Position numbers and translations under genes: made by a program. From Candidatus Marinacidobacterales bacterium (GTDB lineage Bacteria > Acidobacteriota > Vicinamibacteria > Marinacidobacterales > DATDRI01): DNA of 64,000 nt. Below the pieces are notes generated by a model. It was not told the origin of the DNA and searched no databases. It saw only the letters and a program-made list of their open reading frames with translations. Shown piece after piece: positions 17,078-27,168 of this stretch. The number at the start of each line of letters is the position of its first letter. The first letter of the stretch is position 1. The stretch spans positions 5,856,001-5,920,000 of the forward strand of contig OZ245365.1 of the NCBI GenBank assembly GCA_965226495.1. The letters are read 5' to 3'.

Positions 17078-19959
17078 ATGCGTAAGAGAACTCTCGGCTT
17101 CTGTATTCCAAGGATTTGGACCATCGCATCTTGTACCCTCCTGCTGATTGTCCTGACAACGCCCGCGACCGCACAAAAGTTCTACCCCGACGATCCGCTC
17201 GAGAAGGACCCGGCTCCCGTCGCGACATACGATCCCGATTCCGCGACCTTAGCGAGCTCATGGAGTTCGTTAACAACATCTTCGGCAATCCCGGAGAGCG
17301 GCACCCCGACGTCGGCGTGATTCCCGCCGCTGGCGTCAATACATTGGGGGAGGTTCCCGACAGCCCCTGGTACGTGAATCGTCACGCGAAATCGCGCCTG
17401 ACGAAAGAGAAACTAATCCGTGGTCCGGGAAATAACGATCCCCCTTCGAGAGACGAAAAATGGAAAGCGTTGGTCGTCAAATCTCACGGGTTCCGACCGG
17501 GGATCCTCATCCGCGACGCGGAGAACGAGCTGTATCTATTGCGGTTCGATCCCGTGGGCTACCTCGAGATGGCTACCGGTGCGACAATGGTGTCTTCCAG
17601 GGCTCTCTACGCCCTCGGCTACTACGTGCCTGAGAATTACATCGTCTACTTCGGACGGGATCAGCTCGTGGCTTCAAAGGCTGGTGAGGACATTACCAGT
17701 ATGGGAAAGACGCGGGACCTCACGGAAGAGAACATCGACAATTTCCTGAAACGCGCTGCCCGGGATCCGGAGAGGGGTTACCGTGCGGTTGCGACTCGCG
17801 CGCCCGCTCGCTGGAAGGGTCTCTTGGGGCCTTACCAGATTTTTGGGACCCGCAGCGACGATCCCAACGACATCGTCCCCCATGAACACCGGCGCGACCT
17901 CCGGGGGCTCTATGTCTTCTGCGCCTGGCTCAATCACTTCAACATGCGGGCGATGAACACGCTGGACGTGCTGGTCGAGGAGGATGGGATACCGCATATT
18001 CGTCACTATCTCATCGACTTTACCGAGACACTGGGAAGCGCCGGTTCGCGGCCGAAGAGGGCCCGCGAAGGCAACGACCCCTACTACGACGGCGGCCGCA
18101 CCGCCCAAAATGTTGCCGGCATGGGCATCTACACGCCTCGGTGGATGCGTGCCGACTACCCAGGGTTTAGGTCGGTCGGACGCTTCGAGTACGAGACCTT
18201 CGACCCCGAAAAGTGGACGCCCAATTACGAGATGGCTCCTTTTGCCAACCGGCTGCCCGATGACACGTTTTGGGCGGCTAAGAAATTGGCGGCCCTAACC
18301 AACGAGGACATCGAGGCTGTGGTGAGTACGGCCCAGTACAGCGACCCGCGTGCGGGGGCGTGGATCACCAAGAGCCTCATCACCCGTCGCAACCGAATCC
18401 TCAGGACGTACTATGCGAAGGTCCTTCCGCTCGACAACTTCAGAGTAGAGAACGATGAGCTCAGGTACGACGATCGGGAGCTCCAGGAGAGTTTCGTATC
18501 ATCTCGCAACTACAACGTTCGATGGCTGGAGCTGGACAACGAAACTGGTGTTCTGAGCGTGTTGAGCGGGCGGACCTCTTTCACCATTCCATCAAGCGTG
18601 AAGAATGCCGAGCCGGCGGCGTACTTCGCCGCCCGTATTGGCGCGGAAGACCGCGAGCAGCACGAAGTCACCGTCTATCTTCGTCGGGAGCCACGCACCC
18701 TCAACGTTGTGGGTTTGGACTATAGCTGGCCGGGCAAGGTGATTGCCGATCCGGCCGAGGATGTCGACACCGGACGAAGCCGATACACCGACCTCCAGGA
18801 GATACAAAGGTCTCTCTTTGGGCCTTACACCGAGCTCTACAACGAGAGCACCGGTAAGAACTATACGCCCCAGCAGTATTTCGATTCCCTTACCATATCG
18901 GAGCGCACGACCTACGACGCGGTGACTCATGCGTTGATGAACTCCGAGCTGACAGACGAACAAGGGAACTCGCTGGGAGTGGCGCTCGATCTGGTCAAGA
19001 GCCTCGAGCGCGTCGCCGGTCAATATTACGGTCGAGAGGGAGACCAGCAGTTCCGCCTCTATGTCCATCTGGAGCCAGGGGCAAAAGAGACACTCGAAAA
19101 GTCCCAGGAGTTCGGCCTCGGCCACTTGAACACCGTCTACCACGCCGGGTATCCCAACTCCTTCCGCCAAGCCGGCAAGGAACCGACGATTCAGTTCTCG
19201 ATTTCGGAAGAGGGGACGAAAGCCGACATCGACGTGGACTACCGTTCCAGCAAGTCTCCGCAAGCTCTTTTCAACGGTCATTTGACGTCGGCGAACTCGG
19301 ATGTGCGACAAGGGGACAACCACGAACGGCACTCGGTGCGATGGAGTGGCCTCCACGCGTGGTGGGCAGAGCGCTTCGGCAAGTTGCCCAAGGGAGACAG
19401 GAGCGCCCGAGATCTCTATGCAACGGAAAGACCCGAGCCCCCGACGGCCACACCACCGGATCGTCCAGGCAACGCCCAGATCCCCGAGATCCACGATGCG
19501 GTTCAGGAATTCCTAAGTGACTGGTTCGTACGCGGGAACTACGACGAAGCGGTGGACTTTCTTTCCGATCAGGCCCTGGCTTGCCTCAACGTGGACGACG
19601 TTGCGGGAAAGGAAACTCTGGACGCACGCGGAGCGCGCGAGCATCTCCGTGAGATTATGGAGTACTCGGCCAAGGAGATGGGCGACAGAGACAATTTGAC
19701 CGAAGCCGTGGATATGGTCGAACCGTGGGATCCCACGATAGTCCTCGAAGAGCATCCCTACTCAGGGGATTTCGCTCTCGACAAAATGTCTAAGGAAGAC
19801 GCCGAACCGTATCTTTGTGGGCAAGAGCGGCCCGCCACCGATGACTACTACGGTGTTCTCTTCCGTTTCAAAGACGAGGGCGGGGGCATTCTGGGCTTGC
19901 TTTGGAATCGCGAGAACGGCCAATGGCGTATCGTCGCCTACCGCGCCTTCGAACAGTAA
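17078..19959 (+). CDS. Large exported protein with kinase-like N-terminal region (candidate pseudokinase) and extra C-terminal domains; 1-nt frameshift at ~17240
   Basis: Signal peptide ending ATA-QKFYPDDPL in one frame joins the 947-aa ORF if one T is added at 17239-40. Motif order YLLRFDP..EMATGA / WLNHFNMRAMN / HYLIDF. Confidence 0.72.
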
Positions 19960-19986
19960 TTACCATTTACCCCATACCTTCAGGAA

Positions 19987-21504
19987 GTGAGCAGGACCAT
20001 GCTGATGTTGAGAACGTTGCTAATGTTGAAGCTGTCGCTCGGTTTAGCCGCTAACTTGGCAGCGACACCAGAAGAAGAAAGAAATACGAAACGATGGTTC
20101 ACGATCCCGGGGCTCCATAGTGATCCCGCCGCACTGAGCCAGCCGCCTCTTTTAACACAGCACTCGGGAACCACGTCCTCGACCGATTCGACCCCGCCGG
20201 CTCCGAAGAACCGTTCGCCGAACGGGTCTCTCGACAAGTACCTCCCGTCCCAGTTCAATCTCTCGAACCGGGGTGGTCGTGGGCTCGGGAAGACGCTTTC
20301 ACCGGAAACCCTCCCATCAGGCGATCTTGCGGCCGGGGCCTTCGTCATGAACTTCGATCGCAACCCGGGTGACATCGACTTCTTCGAGTTTCCGTTCCAG
20401 GGAGCGCTGGGCCTGCCGGGACGAACCGAAGTGTTTTTCAGCGTGTCGCCGATCTACAGGGTGAACAGCGTGGGCCAAGACCCTTACCGGTTCCCGGTTC
20501 CTCCTTTGGATCTTTTCATCGACACCTTTCCCACAGTAGCCGAGCGCCCCGAACCGTACTTCCTCTACGCACAGGAAGTTCCGTACAAGACTTACTTTGT
20601 TCCCAATGTCACGATTACTCTGCCCGGAAATGGAGCCTTCGCCTCCTCCGACGGAGACGTCGTCTTCGGTGGAAAAGTGAACCTGCTATCCGAAGAACGT
20701 GCCAATTCGATCGGATTCGGCGTGCGAGGCTACGTCGAGGTCCCCATGGAGACGCCGCGGTACAACGATACCTCCAGCGATTCTGCCTGGCGCGAGCTCA
20801 CAGGAGTATCGGGGAAAGTCGACGTCGGTCTCGACCTGTTGTTCTCGAAAAGAGTCAAGGGGAGCGAAGTCCTCGCTAATGTGGGCTACAAACGAGTGGG
20901 AGATCCCGATCGGGGGCTCCGGATCCAACACGTTGACTCTTCCCGCAATCGGCCGGACCGGTTCTTGGTGGGGGATCCGGTCGAGATCGGTCTCAACCTT
21001 AAGGACGAGCTCTTCTTGGCTGCCGGGGGCTCGTACCCCGGTTTCAAGATCAAAAATCAGCAGCTCTGGTTCTTCGGCGAGTTCACCTACACCCGCTATG
21101 TCGGTAACGGAACCGCGACGGAGAGGCTCGTCCATCCCGTGGAGATGGTTCTGGGACTGCAGATCAACTTCCCCTGGTACAAGCCGGTGTCTTTGGGTTT
21201 CGCCTGGCAGATCCTGTTCAATGACGCCGGGGACGGCGATTATCGAACAACGTTCCTTCAACTAGACGGCATCGGAGACATCAATTTCAGCGAGCTCGTC
21301 CAACCGGAGCTGTCTGAAGAAGTGAAAAACTTCTTTGCGGATCGGGGAGCCACCTTCTCCGAGGGTAGCAGCAAAGTGTTCTCCACTGACAACCCGGCTT
21401 TCGATGGGTGGCGCAACATATCGACCGAGCGGCAGCGCGTCGTCGGGAAGGGCGGCGGGAACTTTCTTGCCTTCATCACCTGGCGGATTACCTCGTTATG
21501 GTGA
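19987..21504 (+). CDS. Putative outer-membrane protein
   Basis: Signal-like N-terminus, amphipathic strands (GDVVFGGKVNLL, GFGVRGYVE), aromatic C-terminus FITWRITSLW. Confidence 0.65.
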   Translation: MSRTMLMLRTLLMLKLSLGLAANLAATPEEERNTKRWFTIPGLHSDPAALSQPPLLTQHSGTTSSTDSTPPAPKNRSPNGSLDKYLPSQFNLSNRGGRGLGKTLSPETLPSGDLAAGAFVMNFDRNPGDIDFFEFPFQGALGLPGRTEVFFSVSPIYRVNSVGQDPYRFPVPPLDLFIDTFPTVAERPEPYFLYAQEVPYKTYFVPNVTITLPGNGAFASSDGDVVFGGKVNLLSEERANSIGFGVRGYVEVPMETPRYNDTSSDSAWRELTGVSGKVDVGLDLLFSKRVKGSEVLANVGYKRVGDPDRGLRIQHVDSSRNRPDRFLVGDPVEIGLNLKDELFLAAGGSYPGFKIKNQQLWFFGEFTYTRYVGNGTATERLVHPVEMVLGLQINFPWYKPVSLGFAWQILFNDAGDGDYRTTFLQLDGIGDINFSELVQPELSEEVKNFFADRGATFSEGSSKVFSTDNPAFDGWRNISTERQRVVGKGGGNFLAFITWRITSLW

Positions 21505-21636
21505 TCGGCAGACCCGATAGGCCCCGATAGCTAAGGACAAGAGAATGTTCTCCTTTGGGCTCCGGAACCGCCTTGCTGAAGAAAAACAAACAGTAGGTTG
21601 ACGGCTCCCAGCGAGCTAGCCTAATATTCCCCCTCC

Positions 21637-22032
21637 ATGCAGGTACTCTACGAAGGTGCGGGCGTCTACCAGCAGCGAGGTCGAGAGAGGCTTCGGTCGC
21701 TGAGCTGGAGACAACGCGGTATTCTTCTTTGGGGCAAGCTGCGACGTTTCTATTTGGTAAACGTCAGACCCCGCTACGTTGAAGAGAGTCTCAGCCGACG
21801 AGTCGGTGAATGCCACCGCACCGGTGCGTGCTGCAACGTCATGTTTCCTTGCCCGCTCTTGAATTGGGCAAGCCGCATTCCTCTATGTGGGATTTACCAC
21901 GGTCGCCCGAAGAACTGCACGACTTTCCCCATCGATGAGAGAGACTTGCGGGACCGCGACATCGTGAATCCGTGGGACCCTTGCGGATTCAGTTTCCCCG
22001 AAGAGCCACGAGAGCATCGGCGCTCCTCCTAG
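21637..22032 (+). CDS. YkgJ-like cysteine-cluster (Zn/Fe-chelating) protein
   Basis: CHRTGACC, CPLL, CGIYHGRPKNCTTFP, CGFSF. Confidence 0.75.
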   Translation: MQVLYEGAGVYQQRGRERLRSLSWRQRGILLWGKLRRFYLVNVRPRYVEESLSRRVGECHRTGACCNVMFPCPLLNWASRIPLCGIYHGRPKNCTTFPIDERDLRDRDIVNPWDPCGFSFPEEPREHRRSS

Positions 22033-22042
22033 GCGGAGCTCG

Positions 22043-23905
22043 ATGTCTGACGTCGGAACGCTTCGCTTCCTTTCCACCGTCCTAACCTTGATGGTGCTCC
22101 CGGCCTGCAGTCGGGCCGTGCCATCCGAGCCGCCGGTTTCTCTTCTTGAACAGACGTACGTGGTTTTTTCCAACTCTTCCGAATCTGCGATCTCCTCTCC
22201 GGTGAGTCTGGGTAAAGACTCGAGGCCATGCCTCGCGGCACCGACTCCTTCCGAAGTTCGGTTTCGCGTCAAGCTTCCGCCCCGCCCCTTGCTGACCTTC
22301 GCCATTGGCATTCAACCGAAGAAGATAGACGAGGGAGTTGCGGGCGACAAAGCTCGCTTCGTGGTGAAGGCAGGCGTCGAGAGCCCGTCCACCGTTGTTT
22401 TCCAGCGAGAGATCCATGCCGCGCGTAGCGATCAGTGGATCGACCAATCGGTCGACCTCCGCCCGTTCGCGGGAAAAGAGATCTGGTTGAGCTTCGAAGG
22501 TGGAAAGGCTGGCGCGAACGCAACTGGAGGCGCGATAGGACCACTCGGTTTTGCGGCGCTCTTTGCAGACCCGATCCTTCACGATCGGGCACGCTACCGA
22601 GAGGGCAGGGGAGTCATCGTCGTATCAATAGATACTTTGCGCCGGGATCATGTCAGCGTCTACGGTTACGGGAGAAGGACCACCCCGACTCTCGAGGCCC
22701 TCGCCAGCGAGGGAGTCGCTTTCGAAGATGCCGTGACCACTGCTCCCTGGACGCTTCCCGCGCACGCCTCCCTTTTGACGTCGCTCTATCCCTCCTCCCA
22801 CGGTGCCGTGGATCTCCGACGCGGGGTGCCGGATGACGTATCGAGCCTGCCGCATCTTCTGCAACAAAAAGGGTTTTTCACACAGGCGGTGGTGACACAC
22901 CTCTATCTATCGAAGCAATACGGCTTCGGCCACGGCTTCGACGGTCACTGGTATCGCTACGACGCGCGGGCGGAGCAGGTTACGGAGCGTGCCATCTCCT
23001 TTTTGAGGGAGAGGGGCGATCGTGACTTCTTTCTCTTTCTTCATTACTACGACCCTCACTGGCATTACGACCCACCGCCGCCCTACGACCGGACCTTCGA
23101 CCCAGACTACTCGGGCGCAACCAGCGGCGTTTGGTGGGAGTTCAAGAAGGAGACGGCGGACTCGATAGCGCCGCGGGATCTCCGGCACATCTTGGCGCTC
23201 TACGACGGTGAGATCCTATACGCGGACCGGCAACTTGGGCGGTTGTTCGGGGTGATGAGAGAGATGGGAATATACGACAAGTCTTTGGTGGTGGTTACTT
23301 CCGATCACGGCGAGGAATTTCTCGAACACGGAGGGTGGGAGCACCAGAAAACGCTATATGAAGAAGTGTTGCGTATTCCACTGTTGATGAAGCTGCCCGG
23401 GAGCGAAGGAGCGGGCCGCCGCGTCTCTCGGCAGGTAAGCCTGGTCGACGTGGCCCCGACGATCCTGGAAGAGATGGAGCTCCCGGCCGTCGCTGGATTC
23501 CAAGGACGGAGCCTTTCGGGGCTCATTCGAGGCTCCGAGAAGACGCTCGATGGTCCCGGTGGCCCTGCTGGCCCTGCTGACAAGGTCTGGGCCGAAACCC
23601 AACACACCACAGACGACTCACACAAATTGGCATTGAGGCAGGGGGGCAACGGTAGGAAGCTTATCGTCAGCCGTCACGACGATGGCTCGGAAGCATCGGT
23701 CGAGCTCTACGATCTCGCGAGAGACCCTCAAGAACGCGACGATCTGGTTGCCGGCGAGTCGAGCTGGGTGGAGCGGGCCTTACAGCAAGTGGACGCTTAC
23801 TTTGTCCGAGCGAGCGAGCGGAAAGAAAGCGGCACTCCCGCACCTCCGGTAGAGCTAACCCCCGACCAGCTTGACAAACTACGTGCTCTCGGCTACGCGC
23901 GTTGA
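22043..23905 (+). CDS. Sulfatase-like hydrolase/transferase, probable lipoprotein (Thr at the nucleophile position)
   Basis: Lipobox LPAC, SIDTLRRDH, APWTLPAHASLLT, HYYDPH, TSDHGEEF, C-terminal LRALGY. Confidence 0.85.
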   Translation: MSDVGTLRFLSTVLTLMVLPACSRAVPSEPPVSLLEQTYVVFSNSSESAISSPVSLGKDSRPCLAAPTPSEVRFRVKLPPRPLLTFAIGIQPKKIDEGVAGDKARFVVKAGVESPSTVVFQREIHAARSDQWIDQSVDLRPFAGKEIWLSFEGGKAGANATGGAIGPLGFAALFADPILHDRARYREGRGVIVVSIDTLRRDHVSVYGYGRRTTPTLEALASEGVAFEDAVTTAPWTLPAHASLLTSLYPSSHGAVDLRRGVPDDVSSLPHLLQQKGFFTQAVVTHLYLSKQYGFGHGFDGHWYRYDARAEQVTERAISFLRERGDRDFFLFLHYYDPHWHYDPPPPYDRTFDPDYSGATSGVWWEFKKETADSIAPRDLRHILALYDGEILYADRQLGRLFGVMREMGIYDKSLVVVTSDHGEEFLEHGGWEHQKTLYEEVLRIPLLMKLPGSEGAGRRVSRQVSLVDVAPTILEEMELPAVAGFQGRSLSGLIRGSEKTLDGPGGPAGPADKVWAETQHTTDDSHKLALRQGGNGRKLIVSRHDDGSEASVELYDLARDPQERDDLVAGESSWVERALQQVDAYFVRASERKESGTPAPPVELTPDQLDKLRALGYAR

Positions 23906-24017
23906 GAAAAAAAACTGCGTAAAAGGTTTCTTCCTGGTATCCTAGAGATGACGGGTCTCGCGAGGACGGTGGCTGCCGTATCTGGCCGACGCCCGTAGGG
24001 TTTCAATTGATAAGACG

Positions 24018-24527
24018 ATGTTGGGTCGAAAGTTTCAAGTTCGAGAGGAGTTGTATCGCCTTCTCCTCAATGAAGAGGAGGGAGTGGCTTACAACCTCGT
24101 TCCTCGCATGCTTGCCGACCCGGAGTCGTTAACCCCCGAAATCCGTTGGTGTCTTCTCTACTTGATTCGGGGCGTTGGATACATCGCCTCCCGAAACGGG
24201 CTGCTCGGTAGGGGCGGCCTCCTGGATGCCGTCATCCAGGGCTTCGAAGAATCACGCCGCTTGAACGACCGCATAGATTGGTTGTGGTTTACTGTCGTCC
24301 GAGAGGATGAAAGCCATTGGATCCAACGGTATGAATCCACGGACGCTCGCTACTCCCTCGAAGAGCTCGGCTGGCTGCACGCTCAGCTGGGAAAGCTTTG
24401 GAACGTCGAGCGCCAGAGACTCGAACTAGAGGAGCCTCCCTTGACCCCCCTCGTGCTCCGGGAACGGGAACGGCTAAAGGCCGAAGCGGTGCGCAGCGAG
24501 TTTCCCGTCACGCGCTCCATTTCCTGA
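24018..24527 (+). CDS. Hypothetical protein
   Basis: 169-aa ORF filling the gap with plausible composition; TGGTATCCT extended -10 upstream; no family recognised. Confidence 0.65.
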   Translation: MLGRKFQVREELYRLLLNEEEGVAYNLVPRMLADPESLTPEIRWCLLYLIRGVGYIASRNGLLGRGGLLDAVIQGFEESRRLNDRIDWLWFTVVREDESHWIQRYESTDARYSLEELGWLHAQLGKLWNVERQRLELEEPPLTPLVLRERERLKAEAVRSEFPVTRSIS

Positions 24528-24542
24528 ACCGATCCCAATAGC

Positions 24543-24583
24543 AAAAGGCCCGGCGGTCTTCTTTTAGGAAGAACACCGGGCCT
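24543..24583 (-). terminator. Intrinsic terminator between convergent genes
   Basis: AGGCCCGG...CCGGGCCT stem with an A-run on the left (U-tract on the - strand). Confidence 0.55.
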
Positions 24584-24611
24584 CGAGAAAAAGCCTTTGG
24601 CAGAAGTATCG

Positions 24612-25529
24612 CTAGCTACCTTCCTCTTCGCCCTCACTTAGATCGGCCAAAAACTGTTTGACCTCGTCGGCCTGCGCGCCTGACGGCTGCAGCTGGAGGT
24701 ATTTTTGGAAATGGGGGGTGGCCGTCGCGGTGTCTTCGCTTTGCGCCGCCAGGCTCCCAAGGATGTAGTGAGCCTGTGGTGCCTGAGGCGCGTTCGGTTT
24801 CATCTCTAGGAACTTGTTGAGGTGTGCTTTCGCAGCATTGTTTTGGGCGGCCGCATCCGCGGAGCCCTCGGCCTGCCTAACCGCCATCGAGCCCAGCATG
24901 AAGTGAGCGTCGGCTGCAAAGTTATCGTCCGGCTTCAACTCCAAATACTTGCTGAGGAGCCGTTGCGCCTCGCTCCAGTTTTCCGTATTGAAGGCAACGC
25001 GGCCGACGAAATAGTAGGGGCGCGGCAGGCTGGGATCGAGCTGGATCACCTTCGAAAAGTGCTCCTCCGCCTTGCCCTCCTGGCCGTTTCTGATCAATGC
25101 CATGCCTAGGTAGTAGTGCACCTCTTTGTCGTTGGGCTTTGCGGCGGCAGCCTTGTCCAGATAAGGGATGCCCTTCGCAGAGTTCTTGGTGCGCGCCCAC
25201 GCAAGGCCACCCTGGCGCGTGGCGTGACCTATCTGCTCGGCGGCCTCGGGATTGTTCCCGACCTTCTCGAGGAACACGGTAAAGTGCTCGGCGGTCTTGG
25301 GGTAATTCTTCTTGCTCTGATAGGCGAAGCCCAGAAAGTAGTGACTGGCAAACAACTCGGCGTTCGCAGCCAGTGCTTTCTCGAAGGCGACGATCGCGGC
25401 ATCCATGTCGTTCTTTTTGATGGCCGCCTGGCCTTCCTGATACTCCTTACCACCGGCGGGGAGCTGTTGCTGCGCCACAGCTTCGCCGGCCAGCAGGACC
25501 ATGATCGCCACTGCTAACCACTTGTTCAT
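24612..25529 (-). CDS. Exported TPR protein
   Basis: RBS AGGAGA, signal peptide AVA-Q, multiple TPRs (HYFLG, HYYLG, HFMLG, HYILG). Confidence 0.88.
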   Translation of the reverse strand: MNKWLAVAIMVLLAGEAVAQQQLPAGGKEYQEGQAAIKKNDMDAAIVAFEKALAANAELFASHYFLGFAYQSKKNYPKTAEHFTVFLEKVGNNPEAAEQIGHATRQGGLAWARTKNSAKGIPYLDKAAAAKPNDKEVHYYLGMALIRNGQEGKAEEHFSKVIQLDPSLPRPYYFVGRVAFNTENWSEAQRLLSKYLELKPDDNFAADAHFMLGSMAVRQAEGSADAAAQNNAAKAHLNKFLEMKPNAPQAPQAHYILGSLAAQSEDTATATPHFQKYLQLQPSGAQADEVKQFLADLSEGEEEGS

Positions 25530-25655
25530 CAAATTTCTCCTTCTAGCGTTATTCTTGGGGCTTCCGGGTGAGTCGCCGAGGCGACATGAGACCCTGGCGT
25601 GGGAGCCTACCACAAGGGCCCGACGACGGCAAATCGCGCTCACCCTCGCCGAGTT

Positions 25656-25673
25656 ACCTACCGATCGGTCAGT
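25656..25673. promoter_or_regulatory. Palindrome ACCTACCGATCGGTCAGT, TetR-operator-like
   Basis: Inverted repeat (7 of 9 arm positions match) in the divergent TPR/thiolase intergenic region. Confidence 0.35.
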
Positions 25674-25848
25674 TTAGCCTCCCTGCCAACCCGCTAATGT
25701 CATAATAGCGCGAAATGAGGGTTTGCCCCGCCAGCGTAGGCGGGTAGCTACTTCGCTTGACGGCGAGCGAAGGAGAGTTGCTCTTTCCCTCCCCACATCA
25801 TAGATTCTGAGAAAACCTGACGAACGTAACGCAGCGAAAGTTCTGAAC

Positions 25849-27162
25849 ATGAGCGCGAACTCCAAATCTGATTCGATGCAGGGGCGTAGGGTGGCCTTCG
25901 TCGCGGGTTGCCGAACGCCGTTCGCTAAAGCGGGCGGAATGCTGGCAGACCTATCGGCGTTGGATCTCGGCCGACTGGTCACTGCGGAGCTCGTTCAGAG
26001 AAGCGCGATCGACCCTCGCGCGATCGACCAAGTGGTTTTCGGCACCGTTGTACCCGATGTCAAAGCAACTAACTTGGCGCGCGAGGTGGTCCTCGGCGTC
26101 GGGCTCCCACCGACTATCGAAGCCTACACCGTGTCGCGCGCATGTGCTTCCTCGAACCAAGCGATCGTAGGTGCAGCCGAGGCGATCGCATCGGGGCAGG
26201 TGGATACGGTGATCGCGGGAGGAGCCGAGTCGCTCTCGAACGTGCCGATCCTGGTTTCCAAACCCTTGACCCGAGCGCTCCTCGCGGCGCGCAAGGCGAA
26301 AACACTCGCCGGACGGCTGACGGGATTCTCAGGATTGCGACTGAAGGATCTCGCACCGGTCGCCCCGGCGATCGCCGAGCTCTCCACCGGATTGACCATG
26401 GGGCAGTCGGCCGAGAAAATGGCGAAGGAGAACGGGATCTCTCGCGAAGCGCAGGACGAGTTTGCTGTGCGGAGTCACCAACTTGCCGCCGCCGCTACTG
26501 ATGACGGGAGGCTCCCGGATGAGATCGTCCGCGCCTATATCCCGCCGCTATATGCGAAGTCGTTGGGAGAAGACGACGGCATCCGTCGAGACACTTCTCT
26601 GGACGTGCTCGCTTCTCTACGTCCCGTGTTCGATCGCCGTTATGGAAGCCTTACCGCGGGCAACTCCAGCCCACTGACCGATGGTGCGGCGGCCATGTTG
26701 CTCATGTCCGAAGAGAAGGCCAAGGCCCTAGGCTACCGCCCTCTCGGTTACATTCGGTCCTACGCTTTCTGTGGTGTCGACCCCTTCGATCAACTGCTTA
26801 TCGGTCCTGCCCTGAGCACCCCGATCGCACTCCACAAAGCCGGACTCACCCTCGGCGACATGGATCTCATCGATCTTCACGAAGCCTTCGCTGCGCAAGT
26901 TCTCTCCGTGCTCCAAGCCTTCGAGTCGGCAACGTTCGCTCGAGAAAGGTTGGGGCGATCGGAACCACTGGGACAGGTGGACATGGATCGTCTCAATGTG
27001 ACCGGGGGCTCGATTGCGATTGGTCATCCCTTCGCGGCGACCGGAGCACGTATCACGCTGAGTCTCCTGAACGAGCTCAGACGACGGCGCAAACGGTTCG
27101 GACTCATTGGCGTATGTGCCGCCGGCGGCCTGGGTTTCAGCATGGTCGTCGAGACGGAGTGA
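25849..27162 (+). CDS. fadI: Acetyl-CoA C-acyltransferase (FadI/TFE-beta-type thiolase)
   Basis: RTPF, SRACASS, AGNSSPLTDGA, HEAF, GHPFAATG, CAAGG. Confidence 0.88.
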   Translation: MSANSKSDSMQGRRVAFVAGCRTPFAKAGGMLADLSALDLGRLVTAELVQRSAIDPRAIDQVVFGTVVPDVKATNLAREVVLGVGLPPTIEAYTVSRACASSNQAIVGAAEAIASGQVDTVIAGGAESLSNVPILVSKPLTRALLAARKAKTLAGRLTGFSGLRLKDLAPVAPAIAELSTGLTMGQSAEKMAKENGISREAQDEFAVRSHQLAAAATDDGRLPDEIVRAYIPPLYAKSLGEDDGIRRDTSLDVLASLRPVFDRRYGSLTAGNSSPLTDGAAAMLLMSEEKAKALGYRPLGYIRSYAFCGVDPFDQLLIGPALSTPIALHKAGLTLGDMDLIDLHEAFAAQVLSVLQAFESATFARERLGRSEPLGQVDMDRLNVTGGSIAIGHPFAATGARITLSLLNELRRRRKRFGLIGVCAAGGLGFSMVVETE

Positions 27163-27168
27163 CAATCA

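Noticed and set aside
21513-21530. Direct repeat CCCGATAG x2
   Set aside because: Too short, single instance, and differs from the GGATAG operator layout.
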